NCBI GenBank assembly: GCA_035370505.1
Contig: DAOOVU010000001.1
Span: 17,109-81,108 of the forward strand
Reading direction: 5' to 3'
Source of the DNA: Candidatus Dojkabacteria bacterium
Lineage (GTDB): Bacteria; Patescibacteriota; Dojkabacteria; SC72
DNA length: 64,000 bases
Shown one piece after another: positions 29,050 through 39,506 of the stretch. The notes under the pieces are model-generated. The model had not been told where the DNA came from. It saw nothing but the letters and a program-made list of their open reading frames with translations, and searched no databases. The translations under genes and the position numbers were made by a program. Each line of letters starts with the position of its first letter. Within the stretch, counting starts at the first letter, position 1.

Positions 29050-29520
29050 ATGAGAGGAAAAAGAGCTAAAAGAAAGACGCAAAAAGTTGACAGGAAATAC
29101 GGTAGTCCAATAATTGGAAGATTTGTTACTAAGGTTATGCAGGATGGAAAAAAGAGTGTTGCAGAAGACCTAGTGTATTCTGCAGTTGAAAATGGAGCAA
29201 ATACCGTAAAAGAAAAGGACGTAGTTACATTTGTAAATAAAGCGGTTGACAATGTCAGACCATCTCTGGAAATAAAAGCTAGGAGAGTTGGTGGAGCAAA
29301 CTATCAAGTTCCTATGCCTGTTTCTCCAAGAAGACAGGAAACACTCGCAGTGAGGTGGATAGTTGAAGTTTCTAGAAATAAGGGTGGAAAGTCATTTGAT
29401 AAAATATTGATGGAAGAACTGGTTAGTGCATATAAGGGAGAGGGAGATGCCGTGAAAAAGAAGGAAGAAACTGAGAGAATGGCTGAAGCAAACAAGGCTT
29501 TTGCACATTTCAGGTGGTAA
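29050..29520 (+). CDS. rpsG: 30S ribosomal protein S7
   Basis: MRGKRAKRKTQKVDRKYGSPII...; typical S7 length and composition; follows rpsL. Confidence 0.95.
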   Translation: MRGKRAKRKTQKVDRKYGSPIIGRFVTKVMQDGKKSVAEDLVYSAVENGANTVKEKDVVTFVNKAVDNVRPSLEIKARRVGGANYQVPMPVSPRRQETLAVRWIVEVSRNKGGKSFDKILMEELVSAYKGEGDAVKKKEETERMAEANKAFAHFRW

Positions 29521-29528
29521 GATTAATC

Positions 29529-30470
29529 CTATTTTGTGCTTTCAATTCTTTCCCATCCACCCTTTGGCATACCTTTTCTAAGAATTTTTTGTTGCCACCA
29601 AATTACTATCCAAGTAATTAATCTCATAGGAAATAATTGCAGAGACCACCAGAACTGTTTGATACTTTTTGCATACCTTAAAACGAAGAAGGTATATTTT
29701 AATTCAATAAAGAAACTTCTTGATTGTTTATCCCTCTTAAATACTCCAATTCTCTTAAGTTGAGAAAATCCTCCAAGGGATCTTGCTTTCTGCTTGAGAT
29801 AATCTTTAAAGTTTGTGGGATATTTGACATAGCATACAGCTTCAGGTGCATATCCTATTTCTTTGCCAATGTTCCTTATGGCATATGAAATATATGCATC
29901 ATCAGACAGTACATCTCTTGGTATCTTAATGTCATAATTCCTCATGGCCATAATATATCCACTCATTGGGAAAAAAGTATCTTTGCTTACATAATAGTCC
30001 TTTCCTTCTACTTTATTCATAAGTTTTGTCCTTCTGTGATGTGCTGAGTCCGAGAGTAGATGTCCCCAATATGAATATTTATCAATTATTGGATCTCCCG
30101 ACATTGGTCTTCCACTTACTCCCCCAATGCTATCATTCTCAAATGGTTCTAGAAGTTTTTTTACAGCATTTCTTTCAAAATATGTATCTCCATCTGTTAG
30201 TATTACGATATCTCCTTTCGCCTTTTTTAAAGCCATTCTTAAAGCATATGGCTTTCCTTTTTTTGGATCCTTTATTTGTATAAATTGTTTTTTTGATAGC
30301 TTTAGCTTATTAGCCTCTTTTTTACCAGCTCTTAATGTAAGAGTATCAGGAGATACTTGAATGATCTCAAATGGTGATTTAATACCAGAATATTTTTTGT
30401 TGGCAACAGAAGAAATACACCTACCAATAGTTTTTGGCTCTTTGAAAGATACTATGATTACACTGACCAT
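29529..30470 (-). CDS. Glycosyltransferase family 2
   Basis: MVSVIIVSFKEPKTIGRCISS (GT-A N-terminus) and ILTDGDTYFE (DxD). The ORF is open to 30590, but that basic N-terminal extension overlaps rplY by 104 nt, so the internal ATG at 30470 is preferred. Confidence 0.6.
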   Translation of the reverse strand: MVSVIIVSFKEPKTIGRCISSVANKKYSGIKSPFEIIQVSPDTLTLRAGKKEANKLKLSKKQFIQIKDPKKGKPYALRMALKKAKGDIVILTDGDTYFERNAVKKLLEPFENDSIGGVSGRPMSGDPIIDKYSYWGHLLSDSAHHRRTKLMNKVEGKDYYVSKDTFFPMSGYIMAMRNYDIKIPRDVLSDDAYISYAIRNIGKEIGYAPEAVCYVKYPTNFKDYLKQKARSLGGFSQLKRIGVFKRDKQSRSFFIELKYTFFVLRYAKSIKQFWWSLQLFPMRLITWIVIWWQQKILRKGMPKGGWERIESTK

Positions 30471-30486
30471 AAGAAACGATAATATG

Positions 30487-31152
30487 TTATTCTTCTTTCT
30501 TTGCCTCTTCCTGAGTTCCCTCTGCAGGTGTTTCTGCTTCGGCTGTTTCTCCTTCTGCAGCTGTCTCCTCTTCAGGAGCTGTTTGTACAACTTCTTCTTC
30601 CTGCATCTCAGTTATTGTTACTACTGTAGCATTTTTAATTTCATCGTTTACAAAGGATATATTTTCAGGAATTTGCAGATTGGAAACGGTTATAGTTTGT
30701 CCAGGATGCTCCAATGAAGAAACATCAACCTCTATGTGTGGAACTAAATCTTTAACTTTGCACTTCACTTCTAAAGAGGGCATAACCTGTACGAGAACAC
30801 CCAAGTTATTCTTAACAGCAGGAGAGATACCAACGATATTGAAAGGAATTGAAAAAACCATCTCTTTAGTTTCATCTATTTCGAAGAATGATATGTGTCG
30901 AATTTCATCGGTTACAGGGTTCATATCTATATCTTTGACTATTACCTTCATATCTTTTCCATCAAGTTGTGCATCTAGAATAGTTGCTGAGGTAGCCTCT
31001 TTCAATATTTTTTTAGCAATTGAGGAGTCTATCATAATTGGTGTTGATTCAGTTTTTGAATTGTATACAACTGCAGGAGTTTTTCCCTCTTTTAGGAGGA
31101 CCTTAGCCTTCTTTTCCTTAGGATTTCTCTTTTCGAATGATATCTTTTCCAT
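30487..31152 (-). CDS. rplY: 50S ribosomal protein L25 / general stress protein Ctc
   Basis: MEKISFEKRNPKEKKAKVLLKEGKTPAVVYN...; L25/Ctc beta-barrel pattern plus an acidic C-terminal tail. Confidence 0.8.
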   Translation of the reverse strand: MEKISFEKRNPKEKKAKVLLKEGKTPAVVYNSKTESTPIMIDSSIAKKILKEATSATILDAQLDGKDMKVIVKDIDMNPVTDEIRHISFFEIDETKEMVFSIPFNIVGISPAVKNNLGVLVQVMPSLEVKCKVKDLVPHIEVDVSSLEHPGQTITVSNLQIPENISFVNDEIKNATVVTITEMQEEEVVQTAPEEETAAEGETAEAETPAEGTQEEAKKEE

Positions 31153-31276
31153 GAGTTATTCAGTAATAGTGATTATTTATGTGTGGTGAGTATACCAAAT
31201 TTGAAAGAGCAGAGCAAGACGTAGTAATAGCTAAGAAAGAAGTAAAGATCATTGTTAAAAATTTTAATTTTAGTAC

Positions 31277-31305
31277 TTGACAGTATGTTTTCTATTAAAT
31301 ATACT
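31277..31305 (+). promoter_or_regulatory. sigma70 promoter TTGACA-N17-TATACT for hrcA-grpE-dnaK
   Basis: Consensus -35 TTGACA at 31277-31282, 17-nt spacer, TATACT at 31300-31305. Confidence 0.5.
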
Positions 31306-31331
31306 TAGCAGATAATCTTATTCTCTGCTAA
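31305..31331 (+). promoter_or_regulatory. CIRCE operator (HrcA binding site)
   Basis: TTAGCAGAT-N9-CTCTGCTAA, a 9-N9-9 inverted repeat matching the CIRCE consensus TTAGCACTC-N9-GAGTGCTAA. It lies between the -10 box and the hrcA ATG at 31333. Confidence 0.6.
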
Positions 31332-31332
31332 T

Positions 31333-32058
31333 ATGGATCTTACAGAAAGACAGAAGGAGATACTTTTGGCCATAATCCATGAATTTATGGAAGAGCCAGA
31401 AGAAGTTGGTTCTTTATCGCTCGTTGAAAAGTATAATCTAGGAGTAAGTTCGGCCACGATACGAAATGAAATGGTAAAATTGATGAGATTGGGACTGTTG
31501 GAAAAAAGTCATGTATCATCAGGAAGACTTCCTACAGACCAAGCCATCAGATTCTATGTTTCCGAAGTTCTTCGTGACGGGAAGCTAAATCCATTGATAT
31601 CTGTTGAAATTCGTCAAGGAATTTTTCGAGATAGATTTTCTAAAGATACGGTGATTAACTCGATTTTGGAAATAGTTTCTAAAGAGGCAGAGTCATTGGT
31701 TTTCATAATTTTGGATGAGGAAGTTAGATACTATGGAATGTCAAATATATTGAAATATGACGAGTTTAAAGATGTAGACAAAATAGCAACGATATTTGAC
31801 ATACTCGAGGACAAAAGCTTCCTTTTAAATCTGGCTGAAAAGTATTCTAGTTCAGGTGTTTCCCTGCTCATTGGAAGTGAGCTTGGAGTTGAGAATATGT
31901 CAGAGTGTGCTTTGGCTTTCACAAAAATTCCCTTCTGGGACACTGAAAAAGCATATGTAGGAATAATAGGATCTAAGAGAATGGATTATTCGAAAATAAT
32001 ACCTATACTGGATGAGGTCAGAAATTCACTGGTATCATCCATGGCTGGGTGGAATTAA
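31333..32058 (+). CDS. hrcA: Heat-inducible transcription repressor HrcA (short form)
   Basis: N-terminal winged HTH MDLTERQKEILLAIIHEF...SSATIRNEMVKLMRLGLLEKSHVSSGRLPTDQAIRFYV. At 241 aa it is shorter than typical HrcA. Confidence 0.8.
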   Translation: MDLTERQKEILLAIIHEFMEEPEEVGSLSLVEKYNLGVSSATIRNEMVKLMRLGLLEKSHVSSGRLPTDQAIRFYVSEVLRDGKLNPLISVEIRQGIFRDRFSKDTVINSILEIVSKEAESLVFIILDEEVRYYGMSNILKYDEFKDVDKIATIFDILEDKSFLLNLAEKYSSSGVSLLIGSELGVENMSECALAFTKIPFWDTEKAYVGIIGSKRMDYSKIIPILDEVRNSLVSSMAGWN

Positions 32059-32075
32059 TTTAATAGTGTTTTAGT

Positions 32076-32606
32076 ATGACTAAAGATGGTCGAAAAAAAA
32101 TTGAAAAGAATTCAAAAGAGAAAGAGCTGGAGGAGAAACTAAGGCAGTTGGCATTGGATATAGATAAGGTTGAAGATGAGAAGCTGGAGATACAGAATCA
32201 ATTGAAGAAGGCTTTAGCGGATTACCATAACCTGCTTAGGGATGTTGGAAAGAGGCAGGAGTTACAGTTCTTTCAATTGAAGAAGACATTGTGTGAAGAT
32301 GTTATACCATCTCTTGATGCCATATATCTTGCGATAAAAAGCGGAGAAGAGATGAAGCTTGGTGAAAAAGAGAAGGCATGGATGGATGGGATAGCAGGAA
32401 TATTAGAAAATTTAGAAAAATCTTTTGAAAGGATAGGATTGAAACAATATTGGCCTCAAAAAGGCGAAAACTTTGATAGCTCTGTGCATGAGGCTGTCGC
32501 TGTTGTCGAGCAAGGAGAAAGCGGGAAAATATTTGATGTTTTACAACCTGGGTACACTCTTGATGACACAGTGATAAGACAGGCCAGAGTTGTGGTATCG
32601 AAATAA
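32076..32606 (+). CDS. grpE: Nucleotide exchange factor GrpE
   Basis: Coiled-coil N-terminus and C-terminal GYTLDDTVIRQARVVVSK beta-sheet domain typical of GrpE; sits between hrcA and dnaK. Confidence 0.8.
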   Translation: MTKDGRKKIEKNSKEKELEEKLRQLALDIDKVEDEKLEIQNQLKKALADYHNLLRDVGKRQELQFFQLKKTLCEDVIPSLDAIYLAIKSGEEMKLGEKEKAWMDGIAGILENLEKSFERIGLKQYWPQKGENFDSSVHEAVAVVEQGESGKIFDVLQPGYTLDDTVIRQARVVVSK

Positions 32607-32629
32607 TATAAATTTTTAATTGTACAAAT

Positions 32630-34531
32630 ATGGGAAAAATAATAGGAATAGATCTTGGAACAACAAATTCTGCGATGGCATATATGGAAGGCGGAAAGCC
32701 TAATATTATTGCTAATTCACAAGGAGGGAGATTAACTCCTTCTGTTGTTGCTGTAGATGATAAAGGAGAGATTTTGGTTGGAACTCCAGCCAAGAATCAG
32801 GCGATTATGAATCCTGAAGGAACTATCTACTCTGTGAAGAGATTGATAGGAAGAAGTTGGGATGATCCAGAAGTTGAAAAGGACAAGAAATTGCTTCCTT
32901 TTGAGATGAGAAAAGCATCTAACGGAGGAATTGAAGTGAAGATGGGTGATAAGTGGTACACTCCACAGGAGATTTCTGCAAAGATACTTGGAAAAATGAA
33001 GAAAGATGCTGAAGACTTTTTAGGAGAAAAAGTTACAGAGGCTGTGATAACGGTACCTGCATATTTTGATGATTCGCAGAGACAGGCTACAAAAGATGCT
33101 GGGAAAATAGCTGGACTTGATGTCAAGAGAATAGTCAATGAGCCTACTGCAGCTGCTTTAGCATATGGTATTGGTAAAGGTAAAGACGAGAAGGTTGCCG
33201 TTTTTGATCTAGGTGGAGGAACATTTGATATCTCAATACTAGAAATAGGAGATGGTGTTTTTGAGGTTCTGTCAACAAATGGAGATACACATCTTGGAGG
33301 TGATGACTTTGATCAAGTGATAATTGACTATCTTGCAGAGCAGTTTAAGAATAAGGAGGGATTTGATTTGAGGAGTGATAGAACAGCGTTGCAGAGGCTA
33401 AGAGAAGCCGCAGAAAAAGCTAAAATAGAGCTTTCAACAACAGAGGAAACAGAAGTAAATGTTCCGTACATAACTGCGACAGACAAAGGGCCTAAGCATC
33501 TGAAGGAAAAGTTAACAAGATCTCAGCTTGAGAAATTAACTGCTGATTTAATTGCAAAAACAGTTGAACCATGTGAAAAAGCATTGAAGGATGCAAAATT
33601 AAGTAAGAAAGATATTGATGAGGTTCTTTTAGTTGGAGGAATGACCAGAATGCCGGCTGTCCAGAAGAAAGTATCTGAAATATTTGGGAAAGAGCCAAGT
33701 AAAGGTGTTAACCCAGATGAAGTAGTTGCTTTAGGAGCGGCAATACAAGGAGGTGTTCTAGGTGGTGATGTAAAAGATATTACACTTCTTGATGTTACTC
33801 CATTGTCTTTAGGTTTAGAGACTCTAGGAGGTGTAATGACAAAACTCATAGAGAGAAATACAACAATACCTGTGGAGAAGAAGCAAATCTTTTCAACAGC
33901 TGCAGATAATCAACCCGCTGTAGAAATACATGTTCTTCAAGGAGAAAGGGAAATGGCTGATGACAATAAGACTCTTGGCAGATTCATACTTGATGGAATA
34001 GCACCAGCACCTCGAGGTGTTCCTCAGATTGAGGTAACATTTTCGATAGATGCAAATGGTATTTTGAATGTAAAAGCTGTTGACTTAGCTACGAAGAAGG
34101 AGCAGAAAATCACAATAACTGCATCTACAGGCTTAACAGAAGAGGAGATAAACAGAATGGTAGAGGAAGCTGCTAAGAATGCTGAAGAGGATAAAAAGAA
34201 GAAAGAAAGGGCTGAGAAGAGAAATAATGCAGATACTTTGTCGTTTAGTGCATTGAAATTTGTAGAGGAGAATGGTGATAAAATTGATGAGGCACAGAAG
34301 GAAGATATAAAGAAAAAGGCGGAGGAACTTAAAGAAATGATTTCGAAAGACGACTTTGATACTGAAGAAGTAGAGAAGAAATCTGAGGAATTAAGCAAAG
34401 TTATGCAGGAGGCAGGAAAGAAGATGTATGAAAATGCCTCTAAAGAGTCTGCTTCTCAATCAGATTCTTCTGGCAAATCAAAGGATGATGAAAAGAAAGA
34501 TGATGTGAAAGAAGGAGAAGTAGTCGAGTAA
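32630..34531 (+). CDS. dnaK: Molecular chaperone DnaK (Hsp70)
   Basis: [29 protein letters not shown] and other Hsp70 signatures. Confidence 0.95.
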   Translation: MGKIIGIDLGTTNSAMAYMEGGKPNIIANSQGGRLTPSVVAVDDKGEILVGTPAKNQAIMNPEGTIYSVKRLIGRSWDDPEVEKDKKLLPFEMRKASNGGIEVKMGDKWYTPQEISAKILGKMKKDAEDFLGEKVTEAVITVPAYFDDSQRQATKDAGKIAGLDVKRIVNEPTAAALAYGIGKGKDEKVAVFDLGGGTFDISILEIGDGVFEVLSTNGDTHLGGDDFDQVIIDYLAEQFKNKEGFDLRSDRTALQRLREAAEKAKIELSTTEETEVNVPYITATDKGPKHLKEKLTRSQLEKLTADLIAKTVEPCEKALKDAKLSKKDIDEVLLVGGMTRMPAVQKKVSEIFGKEPSKGVNPDEVVALGAAIQGGVLGGDVKDITLLDVTPLSLGLETLGGVMTKLIERNTTIPVEKKQIFSTAADNQPAVEIHVLQGEREMADDNKTLGRFILDGIAPAPRGVPQIEVTFSIDANGILNVKAVDLATKKEQKITITASTGLTEEEINRMVEEAAKNAEEDKKKKERAEKRNNADTLSFSALKFVEENGDKIDEAQKEDIKKKAEELKEMISKDDFDTEEVEKKSEELSKVMQEAGKKMYENASKESASQSDSSGKSKDDEKKDDVKEGEVVE

Positions 34532-34561
34532 ATTTCTTCTTGAGTCCTGACTTCTTTATGA

Positions 34562-34591
34562 CAAGGGAGGTATTGGCCTCCCTTGTTTTTT
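34562..34591 (+). terminator. Rho-independent terminator after dnaK
   Basis: CAAGGGAGG (34562-34570), 6-nt loop, CCTCCCTTG (34577-34585), then TTTTTT. Confidence 0.6.
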
Positions 34592-36929
34592 GTGTTACCA
34601 TTTACTGATTGTAAATAATATGTTGATCTGCCCTAACATGTCTGATAATCAGAAAAGAGGTTTTCTTAAGAACTTTAGTATAGTTAAAGCTGAAAGATTA
34701 TTGTTATGCATTCTCCTTTTTATACTTCCATTAGCGGTTGTTCCATTATCTTGGGATTGGAATGAGAGACCTATGTCTTTGTGTATTTTGCTATTTACTA
34801 CAATAATTGCAGGGCTGGAGATAATAAAGCTAATAAAGGAAGGTAAATTTTGTGTGATCAAAACTTCTGTAGATACTGCTGTTTTGCTGTTATGCGGATC
34901 CTATGTACTTTCTACAATTTTTTCACAGGATGTTAATACAAGTTTATGGGGAATAGATCATAGACTTGGAGGTGGATTGATAACTGTTATGTCAGTTGTT
35001 GCATTAACAGTTTTTTCAAGATCATTCATAACTGATGTTAAACATGTAAAAGAGTTGTTTTTTTCGTTTATGGCAGGTATGTTTATCAACAACATACTTA
35101 GTATTTTAGCTTTTCTTGGAGTAAATATTTGGTCTTCCGTGCCTGTCTACAAGAATATGTTTCAAGAAGGTCTACCAATACTTAGATCAGCAAGAATATA
35201 CATTCTTACAAATTTGATAACTCTGTTGCTTTCCTTTGGCTTTATTGGTGAATATTTGATTTTTAAGGGAAAGAAAAGTGTTTTCATGGCTTCCCTTATA
35301 ATTGCGTTGGTCTCAATTATTGGTATTTTAATGTTCTCAATAGTTCAGGGAACTGGTCTAGTTGTACTTTTCTTGGTTTTGTTTGTTCTTATGAATATGT
35401 TCATAATTAAAAAGTTTAAGCTTTCAGAAAAATCGTTTAAGAATATTCTTGTTGTGTTTCTGATTATTACTCTTTCAATATCTATCCCATTTGCATTGAT
35501 GCATATTCCATCATTTAGGGAAAGTAAAATTCCTGATGATTTTAGATTAGTGGGACAAGTATTTTTAGGGAGTGATCTTTCTTGGTCTGTTGCATCTTCT
35601 GTCTTTGTAAAATCATTGTCTACTGCACTACTTGGTCTTGGAATGGATACCTATTCCATTGCTTACAATATGTTTAAGCCAGTTAGTGAAAATCTTCTTG
35701 CATACAACAATGTGACATTTTATTCCGGAGGGAATGAGATCTATACTCAGTTTGCGAATGGAGGATTGGTGTGGCTTTTGTGCTGGGTGATATTTGGGTA
35801 TTCGATATTTAAGTCTGTGTTTTTGGATTTAAGAAAACTCAAATTAAATTCTGGAAAGATAAATACTTGGTATTTGATTGTTGTTGACTCAGTTATGGTC
35901 TTGATATTTTGTTCTTCTTTGTTTACTGCATTTTCTGTTATCAATTTGCTTATCTTATTCTTGATGGTGTCTTTAAGGGGTGTTTTGAAGGATATTTTGA
36001 ATGAAGGAAACGAGGAAAAAGTTGTCATGAGATTATGGGCAGGAAGTGTATCTGGTTCTCCAGAAAAAGGTAATGCAAAGGGAAATTTCCGTGTGTTGTT
36101 AGCCGTTATAGTTGCTGTTGTAGTGGTCCTTATTTCAAGAATTTGGGTTTACAAGGGCATTTCTACTGGATATATGCTAATGGCCGAGTCATACAGGATT
36201 TCTGAAGGAGCAAAATTGACTGATCAGAAGGTATCGTATGAAGATAAAAAGAGTACAGCTGATTCAATAATTAATCATTATACTAATGCTGTTAAATTTG
36301 ATAAAAATAACCCTCTTGCAAACAGGAAACTTGGATTGGCATATATGGATAAAATAGACATAGAGGTGAAAGAGTATCTTAGTGTAGAGGAAGATAAGAG
36401 GAGTCAAGATATAGTGAATGAAGTTAATAAATTAAAAAACTACGCAATAGATACTACGAAAAAAAGTACAGAAATTGCAGGATATGTATATTCCAATTGG
36501 GAAGCTATGTCCAATGTCTATATGGGATTGGTAGGTATGGGTTATGAGGGTTTTGTGTCTGATTGTGTATATTCAATAGAGAAGGCTATATCACTTAATC
36601 CTTCTAATTATGAATTGTATTTTAAAGAAGCACAAATGTATGTCATAGGGAAGGATACTGATAGTGCTTTATCATCGCTTACAAAAGTTTTAGGAATTAA
36701 TCCACAGTATATCCCAGCGTTATATTTGTCTGCCGAATTGAATAAAGAAAAAGGAAGGGAAGATGTTTATGAATCCTATCTTCGTGCTGCAAAGACTATT
36801 CTAGAAACAAATGATGCAACAAATAATGAGGTATACAACGATATTTCTAAAAAGCTTCAGGAACTTGAAAGTTCATCTGTAAACAAGAAACAAGAATCTG
36901 GTACTGAAAAGACAGAAAAAAGTGACTAA
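34590..36929 (+). CDS. Polytopic membrane protein with O-antigen-ligase-like (Wzy_C-type) core and C-terminal TPR repeats
   Basis: About 12 TM helices over the first ~480 aa, followed by TPR-like repeats (...KAISLNPSNYELYFKEAQMY...LGINPQYIPALYLSAEL...). The true start may be an internal Met. Confidence 0.5.
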   Translation: MCYHLLIVNNMLICPNMSDNQKRGFLKNFSIVKAERLLLCILLFILPLAVVPLSWDWNERPMSLCILLFTTIIAGLEIIKLIKEGKFCVIKTSVDTAVLLLCGSYVLSTIFSQDVNTSLWGIDHRLGGGLITVMSVVALTVFSRSFITDVKHVKELFFSFMAGMFINNILSILAFLGVNIWSSVPVYKNMFQEGLPILRSARIYILTNLITLLLSFGFIGEYLIFKGKKSVFMASLIIALVSIIGILMFSIVQGTGLVVLFLVLFVLMNMFIIKKFKLSEKSFKNILVVFLIITLSISIPFALMHIPSFRESKIPDDFRLVGQVFLGSDLSWSVASSVFVKSLSTALLGLGMDTYSIAYNMFKPVSENLLAYNNVTFYSGGNEIYTQFANGGLVWLLCWVIFGYSIFKSVFLDLRKLKLNSGKINTWYLIVVDSVMVLIFCSSLFTAFSVINLLILFLMVSLRGVLKDILNEGNEEKVVMRLWAGSVSGSPEKGNAKGNFRVLLAVIVAVVVVLISRIWVYKGISTGYMLMAESYRISEGAKLTDQKVSYEDKKSTADSIINHYTNAVKFDKNNPLANRKLGLAYMDKIDIEVKEYLSVEEDKRSQDIVNEVNKLKNYAIDTTKKSTEIAGYVYSNWEAMSNVYMGLVGMGYEGFVSDCVYSIEKAISLNPSNYELYFKEAQMYVIGKDTDSALSSLTKVLGINPQYIPALYLSAELNKEKGREDVYESYLRAAKTILETNDATNNEVYNDISKKLQELESSSVNKKQESGTEKTEKSD

Positions 36930-37630
36930 ACATAATTGGGTTTCCCTCTGAAAAGGCAAAATCCATGTATACTCGTTAATTCTTCGGAGCTATTTTTAAT
37001 GCATGCACCAACACTATTTAATGTACTACCTGTAGTAACAACGTCATCAACGATTATTACATTTTTGTAGCTATTAAGTTTTTCTTTATTTCCTACTGAA
37101 AATTTATCCTTTGAAATAAAATACCTACTTTCCCTATCTTTTAGCGATTGATGCTCATTTGAGAGATCGTTATTTTTAACAATGTCATCTGCATAATCAA
37201 AATTGAATTCCTCTGCCAATATTTCAGCTATGTACTCTGTTTGATTAAAACCCCTTTCTCTTAATCTCCTTTGAGAAATTGGCATGGGTATAACTAAAGT
37301 TCTTGAAAGTTCTTTTGTATAAGAAAAGTCTCTAGAGATTAAAGGGATTAAAACATCAAGAAGAATATTTATATCATATACTCCAGAGTACTTATATTTT
37401 TTTAGAAAAATAGATGATACCTTGTTATATTCCCATCCAGTAAAAACTGAGTCGAAAACAGCATCAGCTCTACACACATCATGAGTTTTGTAATTGCTTG
37501 AAATCCTTCTGCATACATAGCACTCAGGTAAATTCCTCTTAAGTAATTTTTGGCATTTATCACATAAATAACTTCCAGTTTTTCCACATATACAACATGA
37601 CCTTGGATAGAAAATATCTAAAATTCCCAT
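36926..37630 (-). CDS. comF: ComF-family protein (zinc ribbon + phosphoribosyltransferase domain)
   Basis: N-terminal CCICGKTGSYLCDKCQ...CYVCRR double zinc ribbon; PRTase motif VIIVDDVVTTGSTL. Confidence 0.65.
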   Translation of the reverse strand: MGILDIFYPRSCCICGKTGSYLCDKCQKLLKRNLPECYVCRRISSNYKTHDVCRADAVFDSVFTGWEYNKVSSIFLKKYKYSGVYDINILLDVLIPLISRDFSYTKELSRTLVIPMPISQRRLRERGFNQTEYIAEILAEEFNFDYADDIVKNNDLSNEHQSLKDRESRYFISKDKFSVGNKEKLNSYKNVIIVDDVVTTGSTLNSVGACIKNSSEELTSIHGFCLFRGKPNYV

Positions 37631-37721
37631 TAAAATATAGTACTGAAAAAATCTTAAAAAATAGTGAAATAAAGAAAATTTTGGTATAAACTATGAAGAC
37701 GATCCCAACCTAAATAATTCC

Positions 37722-39506
37722 GTGAAGAAAAGCATGTTTGAGTTTTTGAAGAAAAAAAACAGTGTCTATGTTGTAATGATTCTCCTTTTGATTACTAAGG
37801 TTTTGGGCTTTTTGAAACTTAGAACTATTGCCCAATTGTTTGGTGCAACACATGAATTAGATATCTTCTGGGCTGCCTTTACAATTCCAGATATGCTGTT
37901 TATGATTGTCGCTGCGGGATCTATCAATGCTGCTATTATTCCCATATTTAGTGAACTACTTCATAAAAAAGGGCAGGAAGCTTTGGACAAGTTTTTCAAT
38001 AATTTATGCTTGATTATGAGTTGGACAGTAATAATAATTGCTATTATTTTGTTTACTTTTACTCCGCAGTTAACCAGCCTAATAATTGGTTCTGAAAATA
38101 TACAGAACATGCTTAACTTTTCGAACAGGATAGAAGCAGAGGATTTTAATTTGTTTGTTCAATTGACGAGGATAATGATGATATCCCCAGTATTGTTGAG
38201 TATTAGTACACTGTTAACAGGTTACCTTCAGACTAGAAAAGAATTTTTTATAACATCACTCTCTCCACTTTTCTATGACTTAGCAATGATAATAGGACCA
38301 ATTGTTTTTGTTGCATACATGAAAAATGGAGTGTATGGAATAGCATGGTCTGCAGTATTAGGTTCTTTAGCACATTTTTTGGTGCAAGTTCCTACTTTCA
38401 GAAAGTTCTACAAAGGAAAGTTCTTCTTCTCTTTTAATACCATAAAAGAAGCTGTACACGACTCTCAAGTTTGGAGGACGATAAGACTTGCAGTTCCTAG
38501 GACTATATCAATAGTAGGAGAACAGATAAATGTTGTCGTAAACACATTGATAAGCTTTTCATTGGCACCTGGAGCTCTTAGTGCATATAAATTTGCATTA
38601 AGTCTGCACATGTTTCCAATCAACATTATTGGAAGTGCTGTAGCTCAGGTATCTCTTCCAAATCTTGCCGAAAATTGTGATGATTCTAAGAAGTTTGGAG
38701 AAATATTAAATGAAGCAGTGCAATTTTCTTTGTTTCTTGTTCTTCCGATAGTTGCTGTATTTTTAATATTGAGATTCCCAATAGTAAGACTGGCGTATGG
38801 AACTGGGGCATTTGACTGGAGAGCTACAATCATCACTGCATGGTGCTTAGTACTTCTCTCTCTCTCGATCATAGGGCAGACAATAACTCAAATTCTGCTT
38901 CGTGCATTTTATGCTATAAAAGAGACATGGCTTCCCCTTCTTGCTGTTGCAATTTGTATAGTTATAAATATAGTTCTCGCATTTTGGTTCACAAATTTTT
39001 TTAGCCATTATTACGATTGGAGACCGATTATTAGGCAGATGACTGTGCAGATTTCAGATGCTAATGGTCCTGAGTTTTTTAATGTACTGCATTCATTCTT
39101 TAAGGATGTTTCTGTTTGGTGTTCAACAAGAGGAGATTCAGATATGGCAGTAGGAGGTCTTTCTTTAAGCTTAAGTGTTACATACTTTGTTGAAAGTATA
39201 ATCCTCGGAATATTACTGAATAAAAAGATTAAGATAATTTCTTGGAAGGAGACGATACAACCTGCTCTAGTAAAATTTGTAAATGCAGGATTCATGGCTG
39301 TTGGTATGTATTTCTTGTACAGGTTGTTTGATTTTCAATTAGATACTAGTAGAACGATATCCATATTGATATTGACAGTATGCACGACTCTTTATGGGTG
39401 TGTGTCATATTGGATAGGATGCAAGGTGTTTAACATAAAGGAACTTGAATATTTTGAAAAGCACTTACATTCGCTTAAAAATAGATTATTAAGAAAGGCT
39501 GAATGA
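37722..39506 (+). CDS. murJ: Lipid II flippase MurJ (MviN)
   Basis: 14-TM MOP-family protein with N-terminal ...LGFLKLRTIAQLFGATHELDIFWAAFTIPD... typical of MurJ. Confidence 0.75.
   Translation: MKKSMFEFLKKKNSVYVVMILLLITKVLGFLKLRTIAQLFGATHELDIFWAAFTIPDMLFMIVAAGSINAAIIPIFSELLHKKGQEALDKFFNNLCLIMSWTVIIIAIILFTFTPQLTSLIIGSENIQNMLNFSNRIEAEDFNLFVQLTRIMMISPVLLSISTLLTGYLQTRKEFFITSLSPLFYDLAMIIGPIVFVAYMKNGVYGIAWSAVLGSLAHFLVQVPTFRKFYKGKFFFSFNTIKEAVHDSQVWRTIRLAVPRTISIVGEQINVVVNTLISFSLAPGALSAYKFALSLHMFPINIIGSAVAQVSLPNLAENCDDSKKFGEILNEAVQFSLFLVLPIVAVFLILRFPIVRLAYGTGAFDWRATIITAWCLVLLSLSIIGQTITQILLRAFYAIKETWLPLLAVAICIVINIVLAFWFTNFFSHYYDWRPIIRQMTVQISDANGPEFFNVLHSFFKDVSVWCSTRGDSDMAVGGLSLSLSVTYFVESIILGILLNKKIKIISWKETIQPALVKFVNAGFMAVGMYFLYRLFDFQLDTSRTISILILTVCTTLYGCVSYWIGCKVFNIKELEYFEKHLHSLKNRLLRKAE

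Noticed and set aside
30471-30590. Basic N-terminal extension of the GT2 glycosyltransferase (MYKQLLKRRQLQKEKQ...)
   Set aside because: It overlaps the rplY coding sequence by 104 nt on the same strand. The internal ATG at 30470 yields the standard GT-A N-terminus MVSVIIVSFKEP.
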